This document shows, piece by piece, positions 1 to 10,038 of a DNA stretch of 64,000 bases. The stretch spans positions 2,624,001-2,688,000 of the forward strand of contig OZ244170.1 of assembly GCA_965216565.1 (NCBI GenBank). The letters run 5' to 3'. Under the pieces are notes generated by a model that saw only the letters and a list, made by a program, of their open reading frames with translations, did no database searches and was not told the DNA's origin. The translations under genes were made by a program, and so were the position numbers. The stretch comes from Bythopirellula sp. GTDB taxonomy: Bacteria > Planctomycetota > Planctomycetia > Pirellulales > Lacipirellulaceae. The stretch's first letter is position 1, and each line of letters starts with the position of its first letter.

Positions 1-1
1 A

Positions 2-1396
2 CGAACGTAGGACTTGCATCCAGAAAATACCAAATGCCAACAAGACGCCCACTCCACCCACAATCGCCCAACCAGAAGAATACTGCGAGGAGGTTGTCAG
101 CCAGACTGGCTCCGCCCCAATCACGACAGGAGTATACAGTTGCTGCTGTCGTGCTGTCTGCCCATCGGATTCAAGATTCTTACGGGTACGATAACGCCAA
201 CTCTTGAAAAAAATGCCATCGACTCGCACATTCTCACGGATTTCGTCACCTGTGGGAAAACCTACCGGCAGTCTTGAGACGCAGCACACGACAGGGCGAT
301 TCTGCGAATCGGAGGTGAACACTTCCAATTCATAGTACTCTTTAGCCTCCAGGTTTTCAGCCGCAGTTCGTACCGCCCGCCGAGCCAATCCTTCGATTCG
401 CACGAGCTGACCCGTTACCTTTTCTGGCTGCAAGAAGAGAGGTGCCACGGAAGATACTTGCCGCGAGGCCTGTCTTTCAACCGCGGCCGCAATCGCCAGT
501 CTTCGCTTAGTGCTTGTTACCGCTTCTTCTAGCTCCCGGCGGTTCTCGCTTTGACCAGCTTGTTTGAGTTGCTGACGAAGAGTTTCCAGTTCTCCCCTGC
601 TTCGTGCGGCCTCGTTTTTCCACTGGCTGGCGACTTCGCCAATGCGTTGAGAGGCCAATTCCGCCATCTTATGGGGCCCCACATTGGCCAGCGCTGCCAA
701 GCAAGCATAGAAGGCGTCACCCTCGCGGCTTACACTCGCTTTGACAAAGGGTTGGCGATGGCGGACTTCGTCGAGAAGCGAAACATCCATACCCTGCTGA
801 GCGAGCAGAAGCAATCCCGCGGGGACGTCTCTATTGGGGTACCACTCGAGTCGATTTGTTAGCAGCAGCGGTTCGTCAGAACTGTCTGCCATGTGGCCCA
901 ACGTCAGCCCTACGAATTGAACCGGTTCCCCTGCACCGGTATTGTCATCCCATCGGCTGGGAACTTGTGGTGCCAACACGTAGCCGAAAGTATGACTTGA
1001 ATTGACTTCGTACTTGCATAAATACATCTGCTCTGGAGCAGAGGCATCCGACAACTGGCTAGAGTTGTCGAGCTTGCGAAACGACACCAATTCTCCGCGC
1101 ACAGAGACTAAGCTACCCCTACTTGGCTTCGCCTCTTGAACGGCTGCCCACTCCTCCAGTTGATTGGCAGGAAACTGGCGGAGGCGGAAGAGTAGTTGTT
1201 GACACAATTGCCATTGAGACTCGTCCATAACAGGGCTGCCGCTGTGGTCCTGCACCGCTATGTTTGGCCAAAGGTTGGGATCAAGATCAGCCAAAGAAAG
1301 AACTTTTTCAAAATCATCGGCTTGTTCGGCAATCGCAGGCTGCACCAACAAGCAGAGACAGAGCCATACGCCCACAATCCTGCATGCCTTATTCAT
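2..1396 (-). CDS. Partial (runs off the window start) exported/membrane protein, paralogue of the adjacent 1389-2381 gene
   Basis: Absent from the ORF track because it has no stop in the window. Manual translation of its start, middle and end: ATG at 1396 (MNKACRIVGVWLCLCLLVQPAIAEQ, signal-peptide-like), QPEKVTGQLVRIEG, VDGIFFKSWRY...TPVVIG, and a C-terminal TM segment WAIVGGVGVLLAFGIFW. The start overlaps the upstream stop. Confidence 0.8.
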   Translation of the reverse strand, partial: MNKACRIVGVWLCLCLLVQPAIAEQADDFEKVLSLADLDPNLWPNIAVQDHSGSPVMDESQWQLCQQLLFRLRQFPANQLEEWAAVQEAKPSRGSLVSVRGELVSFRKLDNSSQLSDASAPEQMYLCKYEVNSSHTFGYVLAPQVPSRWDDNTGAGEPVQFVGLTLGHMADSSDEPLLLTNRLEWYPNRDVPAGLLLLAQQGMDVSLLDEVRHRQPFVKASVSREGDAFYACLAALANVGPHKMAELASQRIGEVASQWKNEAARSRGELETLRQQLKQAGQSENRRELEEAVTSTKRRLAIAAAVERQASRQVSSVAPLFLQPEKVTGQLVRIEGLARRAVRTAAENLEAKEYYELEVFTSDSQNRPVVCCVSRLPVGFPTGDEIRENVRVDGIFFKSWRYRTRKNLESDGQTARQQQLYTPVVIGAEPVWLTTSSQYSSGWAIVGGVGVLLAFGIFWMQVLRS

Positions 1397-2381
1397 GACT
1401 ATCACCACTAGGATCCTTCGTAGGCAGATTCCCTTCGGCAAGATGCTTGGGTAGCTCACTGTAAGCGCTTGCCGGCCGCATCGTGCGTCGCACAGCAAGC
1501 CACACGACGCCCAACGACAAAACACCTGCAGCAGTTGCCGCCCATAAGAGTTGGACGACTGGCAACTGCTTGATGGCCGTATTCGCAGGTGGCTTACTCC
1601 ACTCGAAGGAGTTCGCCAGCACCACCGGTGCCAAACCTAAACCTTCGTCATAAGAGTAAGACCAGTTTTTGAAGAAGCTGCCAGGAATGCTCACATTGAC
1701 GTTTAGATGATCTCCCCGAGGGAACTCATCGGGAAGCTCTCGACAAAAAACCACAATTGGCCACTGTCCGCCCCCCTTGGGACTGACCCAAAGACGGTGA
1801 TATTCCTCGATGTCCAATGCGTTGGGGCCGGGTCGCTGAAGTTCTTCTCGGACCACGTTTCCACTAACCGTTACGATCTGGTGACGATATTCCTCAGGTT
1901 GGTTGACGAATTGTGCATAAGCAACCTCGCCCAAGCTCTCTGCAATGAGCTGATCGGGCGGCGTTTTTTCTAACTTTCGGAATACTTCAAACCAAGCTTC
2001 CCGTTCCTCCGGGCGAAAGTAGGTATTGTCTTCAATATCGTCTGTCGCTGCCTGATCGTTTTCCGTTGTAGCTTGAGTGGTACGAATCGCACTCACAGGC
2101 TTCGTAGCCTCCAACGAACTGTCGTCACGCACGGCTCCGTCGGAGGGTGAATCAATTCTGCCTGAGATCTTCTCGGCACGATCATTGGAGAGACTGGCAT
2201 CGGACAGACTGGTATCAGAAACCCCAAACAGCTGGTCTAATCGCTCGATAGTTTCATCTTTCCGAAGCTGATTCATCGCGGCCAGCACAATCCCCAAGGA
2301 GCCTACCAACATCCAGAGTCGCAGCCGGTTGCGTCCCGCCATGCCAGATTTGTTTGTGGTCGTACCGACGTCAAATCGCAT
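1389..2381 (-). CDS. Hypothetical membrane protein with N- and C-terminal TM segments (possible OB-fold-like periplasmic domain)
   Basis: ORF 1389..2636, with MRFDV at 2381 as the likely start. Motifs QPEEYRHQIVTVSG and GSFFKNWSY...APVVLA are shared with the downstream paralogue. Confidence 0.75.
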   Translation of the reverse strand: MRFDVGTTTNKSGMAGRNRLRLWMLVGSLGIVLAAMNQLRKDETIERLDQLFGVSDTSLSDASLSNDRAEKISGRIDSPSDGAVRDDSSLEATKPVSAIRTTQATTENDQAATDDIEDNTYFRPEEREAWFEVFRKLEKTPPDQLIAESLGEVAYAQFVNQPEEYRHQIVTVSGNVVREELQRPGPNALDIEEYHRLWVSPKGGGQWPIVVFCRELPDEFPRGDHLNVNVSIPGSFFKNWSYSYDEGLGLAPVVLANSFEWSKPPANTAIKQLPVVQLLWAATAAGVLSLGVVWLAVRRTMRPASAYSELPKHLAEGNLPTKDPSGDSHE

Positions 2382-2663
2382 AATGGATGGATAGAAAACA
2401 AGAGTGAAATTCGAGGCTAAAAAATTCGTAATGGTCTGCCTAACCAATACCCCTTCGCTATTTTTAAGTGTAGCCCAACCGATGACACCTGGACAGTGAA
2501 ACGAAGCAACGAACAACGCCGCACGACGCCTAAAATAACAAGGCTCCGCTATCTGGTCTCTTAAGATTGATTGTGTAGAATGGGCATAGCGGAACAGATA
2601 GGCTTTTTTGCCGGGCCATGCTATTGGTCTCTCCACGGCTCGATTACCCCGGAAGGCGACTTT

Positions 2664-5600
2664 GTGGTTTCGTCTTTGCGTTTTTTATGTGCACCGGCTC
2701 TCTTTGAAAGCGCCCGATCTCTTGGTGTGCTGCTCGCGTTTGCTTCTTTAGGTATTGCCCTAACCTTGTCGCCAGCTCATGCGGCTGACGATATTGCTCA
2801 GGAATTCCTCGACGAGTTGAGGCAACGCGGTTGGCACGAGGTAGCTCTGGAGTATTTAGAAACTGCCGACGAGGACCCGATCGCCTCCGCAGCTTTTCTC
2901 GATCGCGTCGACTACGAGAAGGCCCTCACCTTAGCGGCAATGGCACAGGAATCGATGCGGGATTCGGAGCGAACCCGCCTTTACGATCGCTCGATCAAGT
3001 TGCTCGAAGAGTATGCCTCGGCGCATCGCGAGACGAAGTATTATTACGAAGCTTCCAGCCGCGCCGCGAAGATGCTTGCCGAGCAGGCGCGCGGAAAACT
3101 GAACGCCGCAAAATTGCTTCCAGAGAGCGCCCAACGACGCGACCTATTAACTGAGGCGCGGGCAAGACTCCAGAAGTCCTCCGATATTCTCAGCGAACTC
3201 TTAGCAGCCACTTCACGAAAGCTAGATTCATTGCCTAAGGGGGCACTGAGCCACAAAGACCCAGAGATTAACAAGACACGTCAACGGCTTGCCACAACAC
3301 AAGCAGAAGCCCGATTTCTGGCTGCTAACTTAATCTTCGAAACCGCAGAGACCTACCCGGAAGGTTCTGCCGAATATCGAGACAGCTTGGAGTCTGCCGC
3401 TGAATCATTTGCTCAACTTCACAAGGATTACGAAGAAAAGCTGGTCGGCTTTTTTGGTCGGTTGTTCGAAGGTCGTTCCCGTCAGTCGCTGGCCCAGTGG
3501 AAAGAAGCACTCAAGTGTTACGACGATCTAGTTCGGCAGCCCATTTCCAATCCTGAGTTTCGCAAACTGGTGGCTCGGGCCTATCGCCGTCGAGCTGAGT
3601 GCCTAGTTGCCACAGGCAAGCTGGAAGAGGCTATCGAAGAATGCGATGATTGGCTGCAGCAGTCTCGCGCTAGCGAACGCAAAGAACCCGAATGGCTGGC
3701 AGTCTCTTACCGGTTGGGGGAAGCCCTCCAACAGCAGTCGCTCCAAGTGACTGGCAGCGAATCGACTCGACTCGAATCTGAATCTCGTCAGTTGATGCGA
3801 GAAGTTGCACGACATACGGGGGAGTTCCAAGCCGTTGCCAAAGCATCGCTCGCTTCTTCCGGGCGATCCGAAGACATCGATCCGATCGACGCCGAAGATT
3901 TCGACCAGGCATTCCAGGCCGGCAAAGATGCATTAGATCGCATGAAGTCCTCGCAAATGGCAGCCAAGTTGGCCGCCAACAATAATCCCGAAGCCCAGCC
4001 AGTACTCGCCAGGCAGGCTGAGGAAAACAAGGCCGCTGCGAAACAGTTTTTCGAAATGGCCATCCGCTTGGCCGATGAAGATTCGCCCCCCGAGGACTTA
4101 CTTTCGGCCCAGTTTTATCTTTGTCTGTTCTATTGGGAAGAAGGCCAAACCTACGAAGCCGCCATCCTGGGAAGCTATCTAGCCCGCCAATATCCTGAGA
4201 GCAATTACGCGGCTAGCGCAGCAAAGGTCGCTTTAGTTGCTAAAGAAAAACTCTATCGCGAAGCGAGCAAGCGGGGTGAAGACACGGAGTACGAAGGAAC
4301 ACAACTGAGCGAGTTTGCTCAGTACGTCGCCCGGCGCTGGCCCAGTTCGGCCGAGGCCGGTGCCGCGGCTAGTTTGTTGATCCAAATTGCACTTGAGCAA
4401 GATCGTCTCGGAGACGCAGAGCAGATGCTCGAGCAACTACCCAAATCGAGTCGCGCCTCGGCTGAACTCAGCTTAGGCAGCACACTTTGGACACAGTATC
4501 TCAAAGCTATCCAAGCCAATGGTGGAAAGGCCAATGCAGAGTCGAAACAAACTCTCCAGCGCGCTGCCGAACTGCTTGCTTCTGGCTACCAGGGTCTCGA
4601 TCCAAGTTCAACACCTACCTCGCGTGAATTCAATGGAACCCTCTACTACCTTCAATTGTTGTTGAACCAGGACAATGCAAAGCGTGCAAAGGAAGTGCTA
4701 GAGAATCCGAACTATGGACCGTTGGCCGCGTTGAACCAGAAATCTGTCGACATCCTACCGATCTTCAGACTGGAAGCTTACAAGGCCGCGTTACGAACCT
4801 ACGCGTCGTTGGTCCCACCGCAACACGACAAAATTCGGCAAACAATGGATAGTTTGGAACAGTCTATTGGCGACGGGCCGAAAGCCTCGCAACAGCTCAC
4901 GCATATCTATCTCAATCTGGGCGGGCAATTGCAACGACAAATCGCCGAGCTCAAGGCACAAGGTAAAGCGGATCAATCAGAGAAGTTAGCCACTGTTTTT
5001 GAGGCTCTGCTAGAACGGATCACCAGCCGCGGCGATGCCAAGGCTTGGAGCATTCGCGCCTGGATTGCTCAAACCAACCTGCAACTGGGCGAAGGCCTTA
5101 GCGACGAAGCAGCGGCCCCCTATCTCAAGCAAGCTCAAGAGATGTATCAGGCGATGCTGGATGATGCTCGGAAAGATCCGAAGTATGCGCCTCGTCCCGA
5201 TGATATCTTGGCACTGCGAAAACAACTTGGCGATTGCCTTCGCGCGCAACGCAAGTTTGACGATGCCCTTAAGCAATACGAAGGCATTCTCAAGCAAAAG
5301 CCCAACAAGCCCGATCTGCAACGTTCCGTAGCCTTGATGCTCCAGGAATGGGGTAAGCATGAGCGGAGCCTCGACAAACTCAACGATGCCGTACGTGGGG
5401 CGATGCCTCAAACCAACAATAAGAATCTGGTTTGGGGCTGGCTGCGGTTGGCCTCGACGATCAATCGGGCAAAGCAAAGAGTAGCAGACAATCCGAGACT
5501 CGCAGCGAGATACAATGATCTGTTTTTCGAGGCACGGCTCAATGTAGCGAAAACACGACTCTATGCAGCCCAAATTTCATCTGGCGAAGATAAACAGAAA

Positions 5601-5720
5601 TTCTTGCAGTCTGCAAGCGACAATATTAAATCGATGGAAAGGCTCTACCCAGACCTGGGCGGCGCACAGTGGCAACGGGCCTTCACACAGCTAAAAAAAG
5701 AGATTGAAGCGGAAGGGTAA
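2664..5720 (+). CDS. Large exported tetratricopeptide-repeat (TPR-like) protein
   Basis: About 1000 aa of alpha-helical repeats. Signal peptide ending AHA-ADD. GTG start at 2664 follows GGAAGG. Confidence 0.8.
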   Translation: MVSSLRFLCAPALFESARSLGVLLAFASLGIALTLSPAHAADDIAQEFLDELRQRGWHEVALEYLETADEDPIASAAFLDRVDYEKALTLAAMAQESMRDSERTRLYDRSIKLLEEYASAHRETKYYYEASSRAAKMLAEQARGKLNAAKLLPESAQRRDLLTEARARLQKSSDILSELLAATSRKLDSLPKGALSHKDPEINKTRQRLATTQAEARFLAANLIFETAETYPEGSAEYRDSLESAAESFAQLHKDYEEKLVGFFGRLFEGRSRQSLAQWKEALKCYDDLVRQPISNPEFRKLVARAYRRRAECLVATGKLEEAIEECDDWLQQSRASERKEPEWLAVSYRLGEALQQQSLQVTGSESTRLESESRQLMREVARHTGEFQAVAKASLASSGRSEDIDPIDAEDFDQAFQAGKDALDRMKSSQMAAKLAANNNPEAQPVLARQAEENKAAAKQFFEMAIRLADEDSPPEDLLSAQFYLCLFYWEEGQTYEAAILGSYLARQYPESNYAASAAKVALVAKEKLYREASKRGEDTEYEGTQLSEFAQYVARRWPSSAEAGAAASLLIQIALEQDRLGDAEQMLEQLPKSSRASAELSLGSTLWTQYLKAIQANGGKANAESKQTLQRAAELLASGYQGLDPSSTPTSREFNGTLYYLQLLLNQDNAKRAKEVLENPNYGPLAALNQKSVDILPIFRLEAYKAALRTYASLVPPQHDKIRQTMDSLEQSIGDGPKASQQLTHIYLNLGGQLQRQIAELKAQGKADQSEKLATVFEALLERITSRGDAKAWSIRAWIAQTNLQLGEGLSDEAAAPYLKQAQEMYQAMLDDARKDPKYAPRPDDILALRKQLGDCLRAQRKFDDALKQYEGILKQKPNKPDLQRSVALMLQEWGKHERSLDKLNDAVRGAMPQTNNKNLVWGWLRLASTINRAKQRVADNPRLAARYNDLFFEARLNVAKTRLYAAQISSGEDKQKFLQSASDNIKSMERLYPDLGGAQWQRAFTQLKKEIEAEG

Positions 5721-5724
5721 ATCA

Positions 5725-6798
5725 ATGAGTTCGACCAAAACGACTCGCCGAACGATCGGCAGGCGTCTCTGTCTGCTCGTAGCGTTGCAATTGGCATTGA
5801 TCACATTGGCAAGCGATGTGTGCTTAGCGCAAGGTTCGATCGACCGCGTCCGGCGCCGCACCGGGGTTGATACCGGTAAGATCAGCAAGGTCTCTGCGCT
5901 GGGAATCACCCTCGAAAAGAATGGCGTCGAGAAAAAGATTCCGGTCGAAGAAATCGTAAGTGTCTACTATTCCAATCAGCCGCAGCAACTCAAAGCCGCC
6001 AGCCAGGCGATTCTTCGCGGCAAACCCAAAGATGCTCTCGAGACGCTGGACAAGATCGACCGTAGCACCATTGGACGGGACGAGATTTTGCAGGAAATCG
6101 ATTTTATCTCGCTACGGGCTAAAGACAAACTGGCGCTTTCCGGCACAGGAAGCATGAAGTCCGTTGTCGAGCAAGCCAAAGACTTCCTTTCAAAAAACAG
6201 AAGTAGTTATCACGTTTCCGAGGTGATCGAGCTTTTGGGACAGGCTCATCTGGCAGCCGGAGATTCCGACGAAGCTCTCAATCAGTTTCGTAAGCTAGCC
6301 AAAGCACCTTCAAAGTTCTTTCGGGCTCGATCGTCGATACTGATCGGACGAGTGTTGCAACAGCAAGGAGATCATCAGGAAGCGCTGGCCGAATTTGACA
6401 AGGCACTCGCGGCGGCCAAAGACAATGCCGCAGCGGAAAGCGAACTTTTCAAAGCCACCCTGTACCGCGCAGTAAGCCAGTCGGCACTCGGCGATGTCGA
6501 GTCTGCCACGACCACTGTGAAATCCATAATTAAGCAAGCCGAGTCTAAGGACATCGAAGTCTTGGCCGCCGCCTACAACGCATTAGGCGATTGTTACCTA
6601 CAAAGTGACAAGCAAAAAGCAGCCCGCGACGCCTACCTGCATGTCGATTTGTTGTTCCATTCTTCCGATGAGCATCATGCGAAGGCCTTATACGAATTGT
6701 CTCGCCTGTGGACAGAGTTTGGTCACGAAGGGCGAGCGAGCGATGCCCGTGAGCGACTTATGAGGGAATACCCCGCAAGCCGATGGGCCAGAATGTAA
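5725..6798 (+). CDS. Exported TPR protein
   Basis: Signal peptide (CLA-QG). TPR motifs such as AAAYNALGDCYLQ and ALYELSRLW. Starts 4 nt after the previous gene. Confidence 0.8.
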   Translation: MSSTKTTRRTIGRRLCLLVALQLALITLASDVCLAQGSIDRVRRRTGVDTGKISKVSALGITLEKNGVEKKIPVEEIVSVYYSNQPQQLKAASQAILRGKPKDALETLDKIDRSTIGRDEILQEIDFISLRAKDKLALSGTGSMKSVVEQAKDFLSKNRSSYHVSEVIELLGQAHLAAGDSDEALNQFRKLAKAPSKFFRARSSILIGRVLQQQGDHQEALAEFDKALAAAKDNAAAESELFKATLYRAVSQSALGDVESATTTVKSIIKQAESKDIEVLAAAYNALGDCYLQSDKQKAARDAYLHVDLLFHSSDEHHAKALYELSRLWTEFGHEGRASDARERLMREYPASRWARM

Positions 6799-6894
6799 CC
6801 GCGAAACCCCAATTGGATAATTGCCTTCCGACAGGTACATTATCAGTCATCCAATCAAGCCAAGTGGCCCGAGATCTGAGGAGATCAATTCGAA

Positions 6895-7710
6895 ATGCCC
6901 CACGCCTCCCAACGTCATGCATCCCTCTTTCATTCTGGCCGTTGGTGGAGAATCGCCATCGCTTGCAGTTGCCTCGCAGTTTTCTCCTGCTGCTTCGTTC
7001 CTTCGGCACCCGCTCAGGACGATGCAGCACCGGCTGCGGTGGAAGCAGACGCGGTCAGTGCCGAGGCGCAGAATGTGGAAATCAGCTACCTTTCCTGGGC
7101 ATTTAATTCGCTTGGTTTGTTCTTCGGTTTGATTTTTCTGCTTCTTTCATTCACGTTGGTGGCCCTGTTTGTGATGAATCTGCTCACTGCCCGACGCGAG
7201 AACGTGATTCCCTCCGACTTAGTGGCTGGTTTTGAGCAACACCTGGAAGCCCAACAATATAAAGAAGCTTACGAACTGGCACGTTCCGATCAGTCGTTTC
7301 TCGGACAGGTTCTAACAGCCGGCCTAGCAAAGGCTTCCAGCAATGGTTACGCCCAAGCCATCGAGGCGATGCAAGAGGTTGGCGAAGAAGAAAACATGCG
7401 GCTGGAACATCGACTCAGTTACCTGGCCTTAATTGGAACTTTGAGCCCGATGATCGGTTTGCTGGGAACCGTCTATGGCATGATCGATTCCTTTAAGTTG
7501 ATCGCCAACACTGCCACCGGGGCACCCGACCCGCAAGCTTTGGCACAGGGTATTTCCACGGCACTCTTCACAACACTGGTGGGGCTGGCCCTGGCGATTC
7601 CCGCATTGGCTGCTTACAACCTGCTCCGCAATCGAGTGGCTCGACTTGTCTTGGAAGTGGGCATCGTCAGCGAAGGGTTGATGAGCCGGTTCCAGAAGAA
7701 GTCTACCTAA
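6895..7710 (+). CDS. exbB: MotA/TolQ/ExbB proton channel family protein
   Basis: SPMIGLLGTVYGMI and ALFTTLVGLALAIP signature helices. Confidence 0.92.
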   Translation: MPHASQRHASLFHSGRWWRIAIACSCLAVFSCCFVPSAPAQDDAAPAAVEADAVSAEAQNVEISYLSWAFNSLGLFFGLIFLLLSFTLVALFVMNLLTARRENVIPSDLVAGFEQHLEAQQYKEAYELARSDQSFLGQVLTAGLAKASSNGYAQAIEAMQEVGEEENMRLEHRLSYLALIGTLSPMIGLLGTVYGMIDSFKLIANTATGAPDPQALAQGISTALFTTLVGLALAIPALAAYNLLRNRVARLVLEVGIVSEGLMSRFQKKST

Positions 7711-7767
7711 TTCCACTTTAGTTGTTGGTCGCTTTCGATTTTCTTAAAAGCTCCTGGAGCAACAGTC

Positions 7768-8232
7768 GTGCGAATTCGTCCCCGAGGTCCCCAAGGCATT
7801 GAAGAAGGTGACCTCACACCCATGATTGATATGACGTTTCAATTGATTGCCTTCTTCATGTTGGTGATCAATTTTTCGGACGTCGAGCAAGACCAGCGGA
7901 TCACGCTCCCGGCTAGCGAATTGGCCCAACCGCCCGAGGCACCCTACGATCAACCGTTAACTATCCACCTGACGGACGATGGTCGTTTCGTGTATGCCGG
8001 CAAGGAGCATTTGGAATTGGACCGCTTGCGTTCAGCCCTGCTTCGGGAAACACAGATCATCCTTCGCCATACGTCAAAAAGTATCGCCGATGTTACCGTG
8101 ATTATCCGTGCCGACGAGAGCGCCAAGACCGGACTCGTGCAAGAGATCATTCAAACCTGCCAAGAGCTGGAGTTCGAGAAATTTGCGTTAAGAGGCAAGA
8201 CGAGCTTAGACAGAACAATCGGAGGCGGATAA
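7768..8232 (+). CDS. exbD: ExbD/TolR family protein
   Basis: LTPMIDMTFQLIAFFML TM with the conserved Asp; VIIRAD periplasmic motif. Confidence 0.92.
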   Translation: MRIRPRGPQGIEEGDLTPMIDMTFQLIAFFMLVINFSDVEQDQRITLPASELAQPPEAPYDQPLTIHLTDDGRFVYAGKEHLELDRLRSALLRETQIILRHTSKSIADVTVIIRADESAKTGLVQEIIQTCQELEFEKFALRGKTSLDRTIGGG

Positions 8233-8364
8233 ATCATCGAAGTAAAAACGTTAATGAGTTATTCTATCCGATTAATCCAGCCAATCTCGTAATCGTGTCG
8301 TTCGAGAACGCCGTACTTTCCCTAGTCCAATAATAACTTTGAGAACAAGAGTTCACACAGCTAG

Positions 8365-8850
8365 ATGAAGATTCGCAATTCCGACCGCCGAGAACAAGTC
8401 GTTCTGCAGATGACGCCGATGATCGACATCGTGTTTCAACTGCTGGTCTTCTTCATATTTACATTCAAAATTGTGCTGCCCGAAGGCGACTTCAATATCC
8501 GCATGCCGAGCGCTTCTGCAAGTTCTTCGAGCGAGCCGAGCGAAACACCTCTGATTCGCGTGCGACTGCGTGCCAACGAGAATCGCGAGCTAGCCAGTTT
8601 GCAACTGGGCGATCGACCGATGGAATCTACGACGCCCTTCTACGAATTGCAGCAAGAAATTCGGGCATTGGTTGGCGACGATGCCGGTCCTGGGCAAAAC
8701 GAACAAGAAGTCGAGATCGAAGCGGATTACGAACTCAAATATCGCTACGTCATTAATGCAATCACAGCGATCACCGGCTACACCGATGCTAATGGCGAGC
8801 AGCATAAGCTCGTTGAGCGGGTGAGATTTGCTCCTGTGAAGCAGCCTTAG
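8365..8850 (+). CDS. exbD: Second ExbD/TolR family protein
   Basis: MTPMIDIVFQLLVFFIF; EIEAD variant motif. Confidence 0.9.
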   Translation: MKIRNSDRREQVVLQMTPMIDIVFQLLVFFIFTFKIVLPEGDFNIRMPSASASSSSEPSETPLIRVRLRANENRELASLQLGDRPMESTTPFYELQQEIRALVGDDAGPGQNEQEVEIEADYELKYRYVINAITAITGYTDANGEQHKLVERVRFAPVKQP

Positions 8851-8877
8851 ATAATCTGAATCTGCTGAAGAGTTCAC

Positions 8878-9816
8878 CTACGCACGGGGGTGAAACTCCT
8901 GGTGAACTCTTTGCAATCGCGTGTGGTCGACGTGGGTGTAAATTTGCGTCGTTGCAATACTGGCATGGCCGAGCATTTCCTGCACTAGCCGCAAGTCGGC
9001 CCCTCCGGCAAGCAAATGTGTTGCAAAACTATGCCGTAGTGAATGAGGGCTAACTTCGCTAGAAATCCCCGCGCGGGCAGCATACTTTTTCAACAGTTCC
9101 CAAATTCGTTCTCGACGTAGTGGGGCGCCTCGCGTTGAAAGCAGAACCCGTTGTGAGTTTTTCCCAGATCGCGTTGCCAGGTCGGGGCGTTCCTCTTCGA
9201 GATACTTCTTCACTGCCGCGATTGCGCGGGTACCCAAAGGGACGATTCGCTGCTTGTCTCCCTTGCCATGGCAGATGCAGTAACGCTCTTTGAGATGAAG
9301 ATCGCGAACCCGGAGCGACGACAGTTCCGAAACTCTGCAACCGGTTGCGTACAATAGTTCTAAAATCGCTCGGTCTCTTAGCCAAAACGGATCAGCACGA
9401 CGGGGGCTAGTGAGCAACTTTTCCACCTGCTGCTCCGAGAGCACTTGCGGCACGCGCTGCCAGAGTTTTGGCGAACCCAAGAGTTCCGCTTGATTGTCAG
9501 ACAACACCCCTTCAAGCTGGAGGTAGCGGAAAAAAACTTTTAGAGAAGCCACATGCCTGGTAATGCTCTTGGGCGCGAGCGACTGCTCGCCGAGCCAGGC
9601 AGGATAGCCTGCCAGATCGCTCACCGACAAACCAGGCAATCGTTTGCCGCCCAACCAATGATAGAATCGCTTGAGATCTCGGGCATAGGCCTCCACGGTA
9701 TTTGCCGAAAGATGACATTCGCTGCGGAGATAGTCGGAAAAGTCTTCCTGCCATCGTGAAGCCTGCCGCTGGGCCGTCTGCCTTCGGGGAGTCAGTTTTT
9801 TACGGTTGGACTTCAT
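8878..9816 (-). CDS. xerD: Site-specific tyrosine recombinase XerD
   Basis: LLYATGCRVSEL, GKGDKQRIVP, SPHSLRHSFATHLL, MLGHASIATTQIYTHV, C-terminal HPRA. Confidence 0.92.
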   Translation of the reverse strand: MKSNRKKLTPRRQTAQRQASRWQEDFSDYLRSECHLSANTVEAYARDLKRFYHWLGGKRLPGLSVSDLAGYPAWLGEQSLAPKSITRHVASLKVFFRYLQLEGVLSDNQAELLGSPKLWQRVPQVLSEQQVEKLLTSPRRADPFWLRDRAILELLYATGCRVSELSSLRVRDLHLKERYCICHGKGDKQRIVPLGTRAIAAVKKYLEEERPDLATRSGKNSQRVLLSTRGAPLRRERIWELLKKYAARAGISSEVSPHSLRHSFATHLLAGGADLRLVQEMLGHASIATTQIYTHVDHTRLQRVHQEFHPRA

Positions 9817-10038
9817 AAGGGCTACCAGTGGGCCAGTGGTCTACATCAATTATCGGCGTGGGCTTCTCTCAGATTGTGTCCTAACCAACTTGCACTGGGC
9901 AGAAACGGTCGAGCGGGTTAATCTTGGCGTTTTTCCGTCCGACCTTATCATGTAGGGAAAATATGAGGATCACGGCCAGGTTGAATACCGAGTGCCTAGG
10001 GATGAGCCACCACCGCTGAGATTTGAGCAACTACTAAG

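Noticed and set aside
2382..2663. Apparent overlap of the divergent ORFs 1389..2636 and 2571..5720
   Set aside because: An artefact of longest-ORF starts; the likely starts at 2381 and 2664 leave a normal promoter gap.
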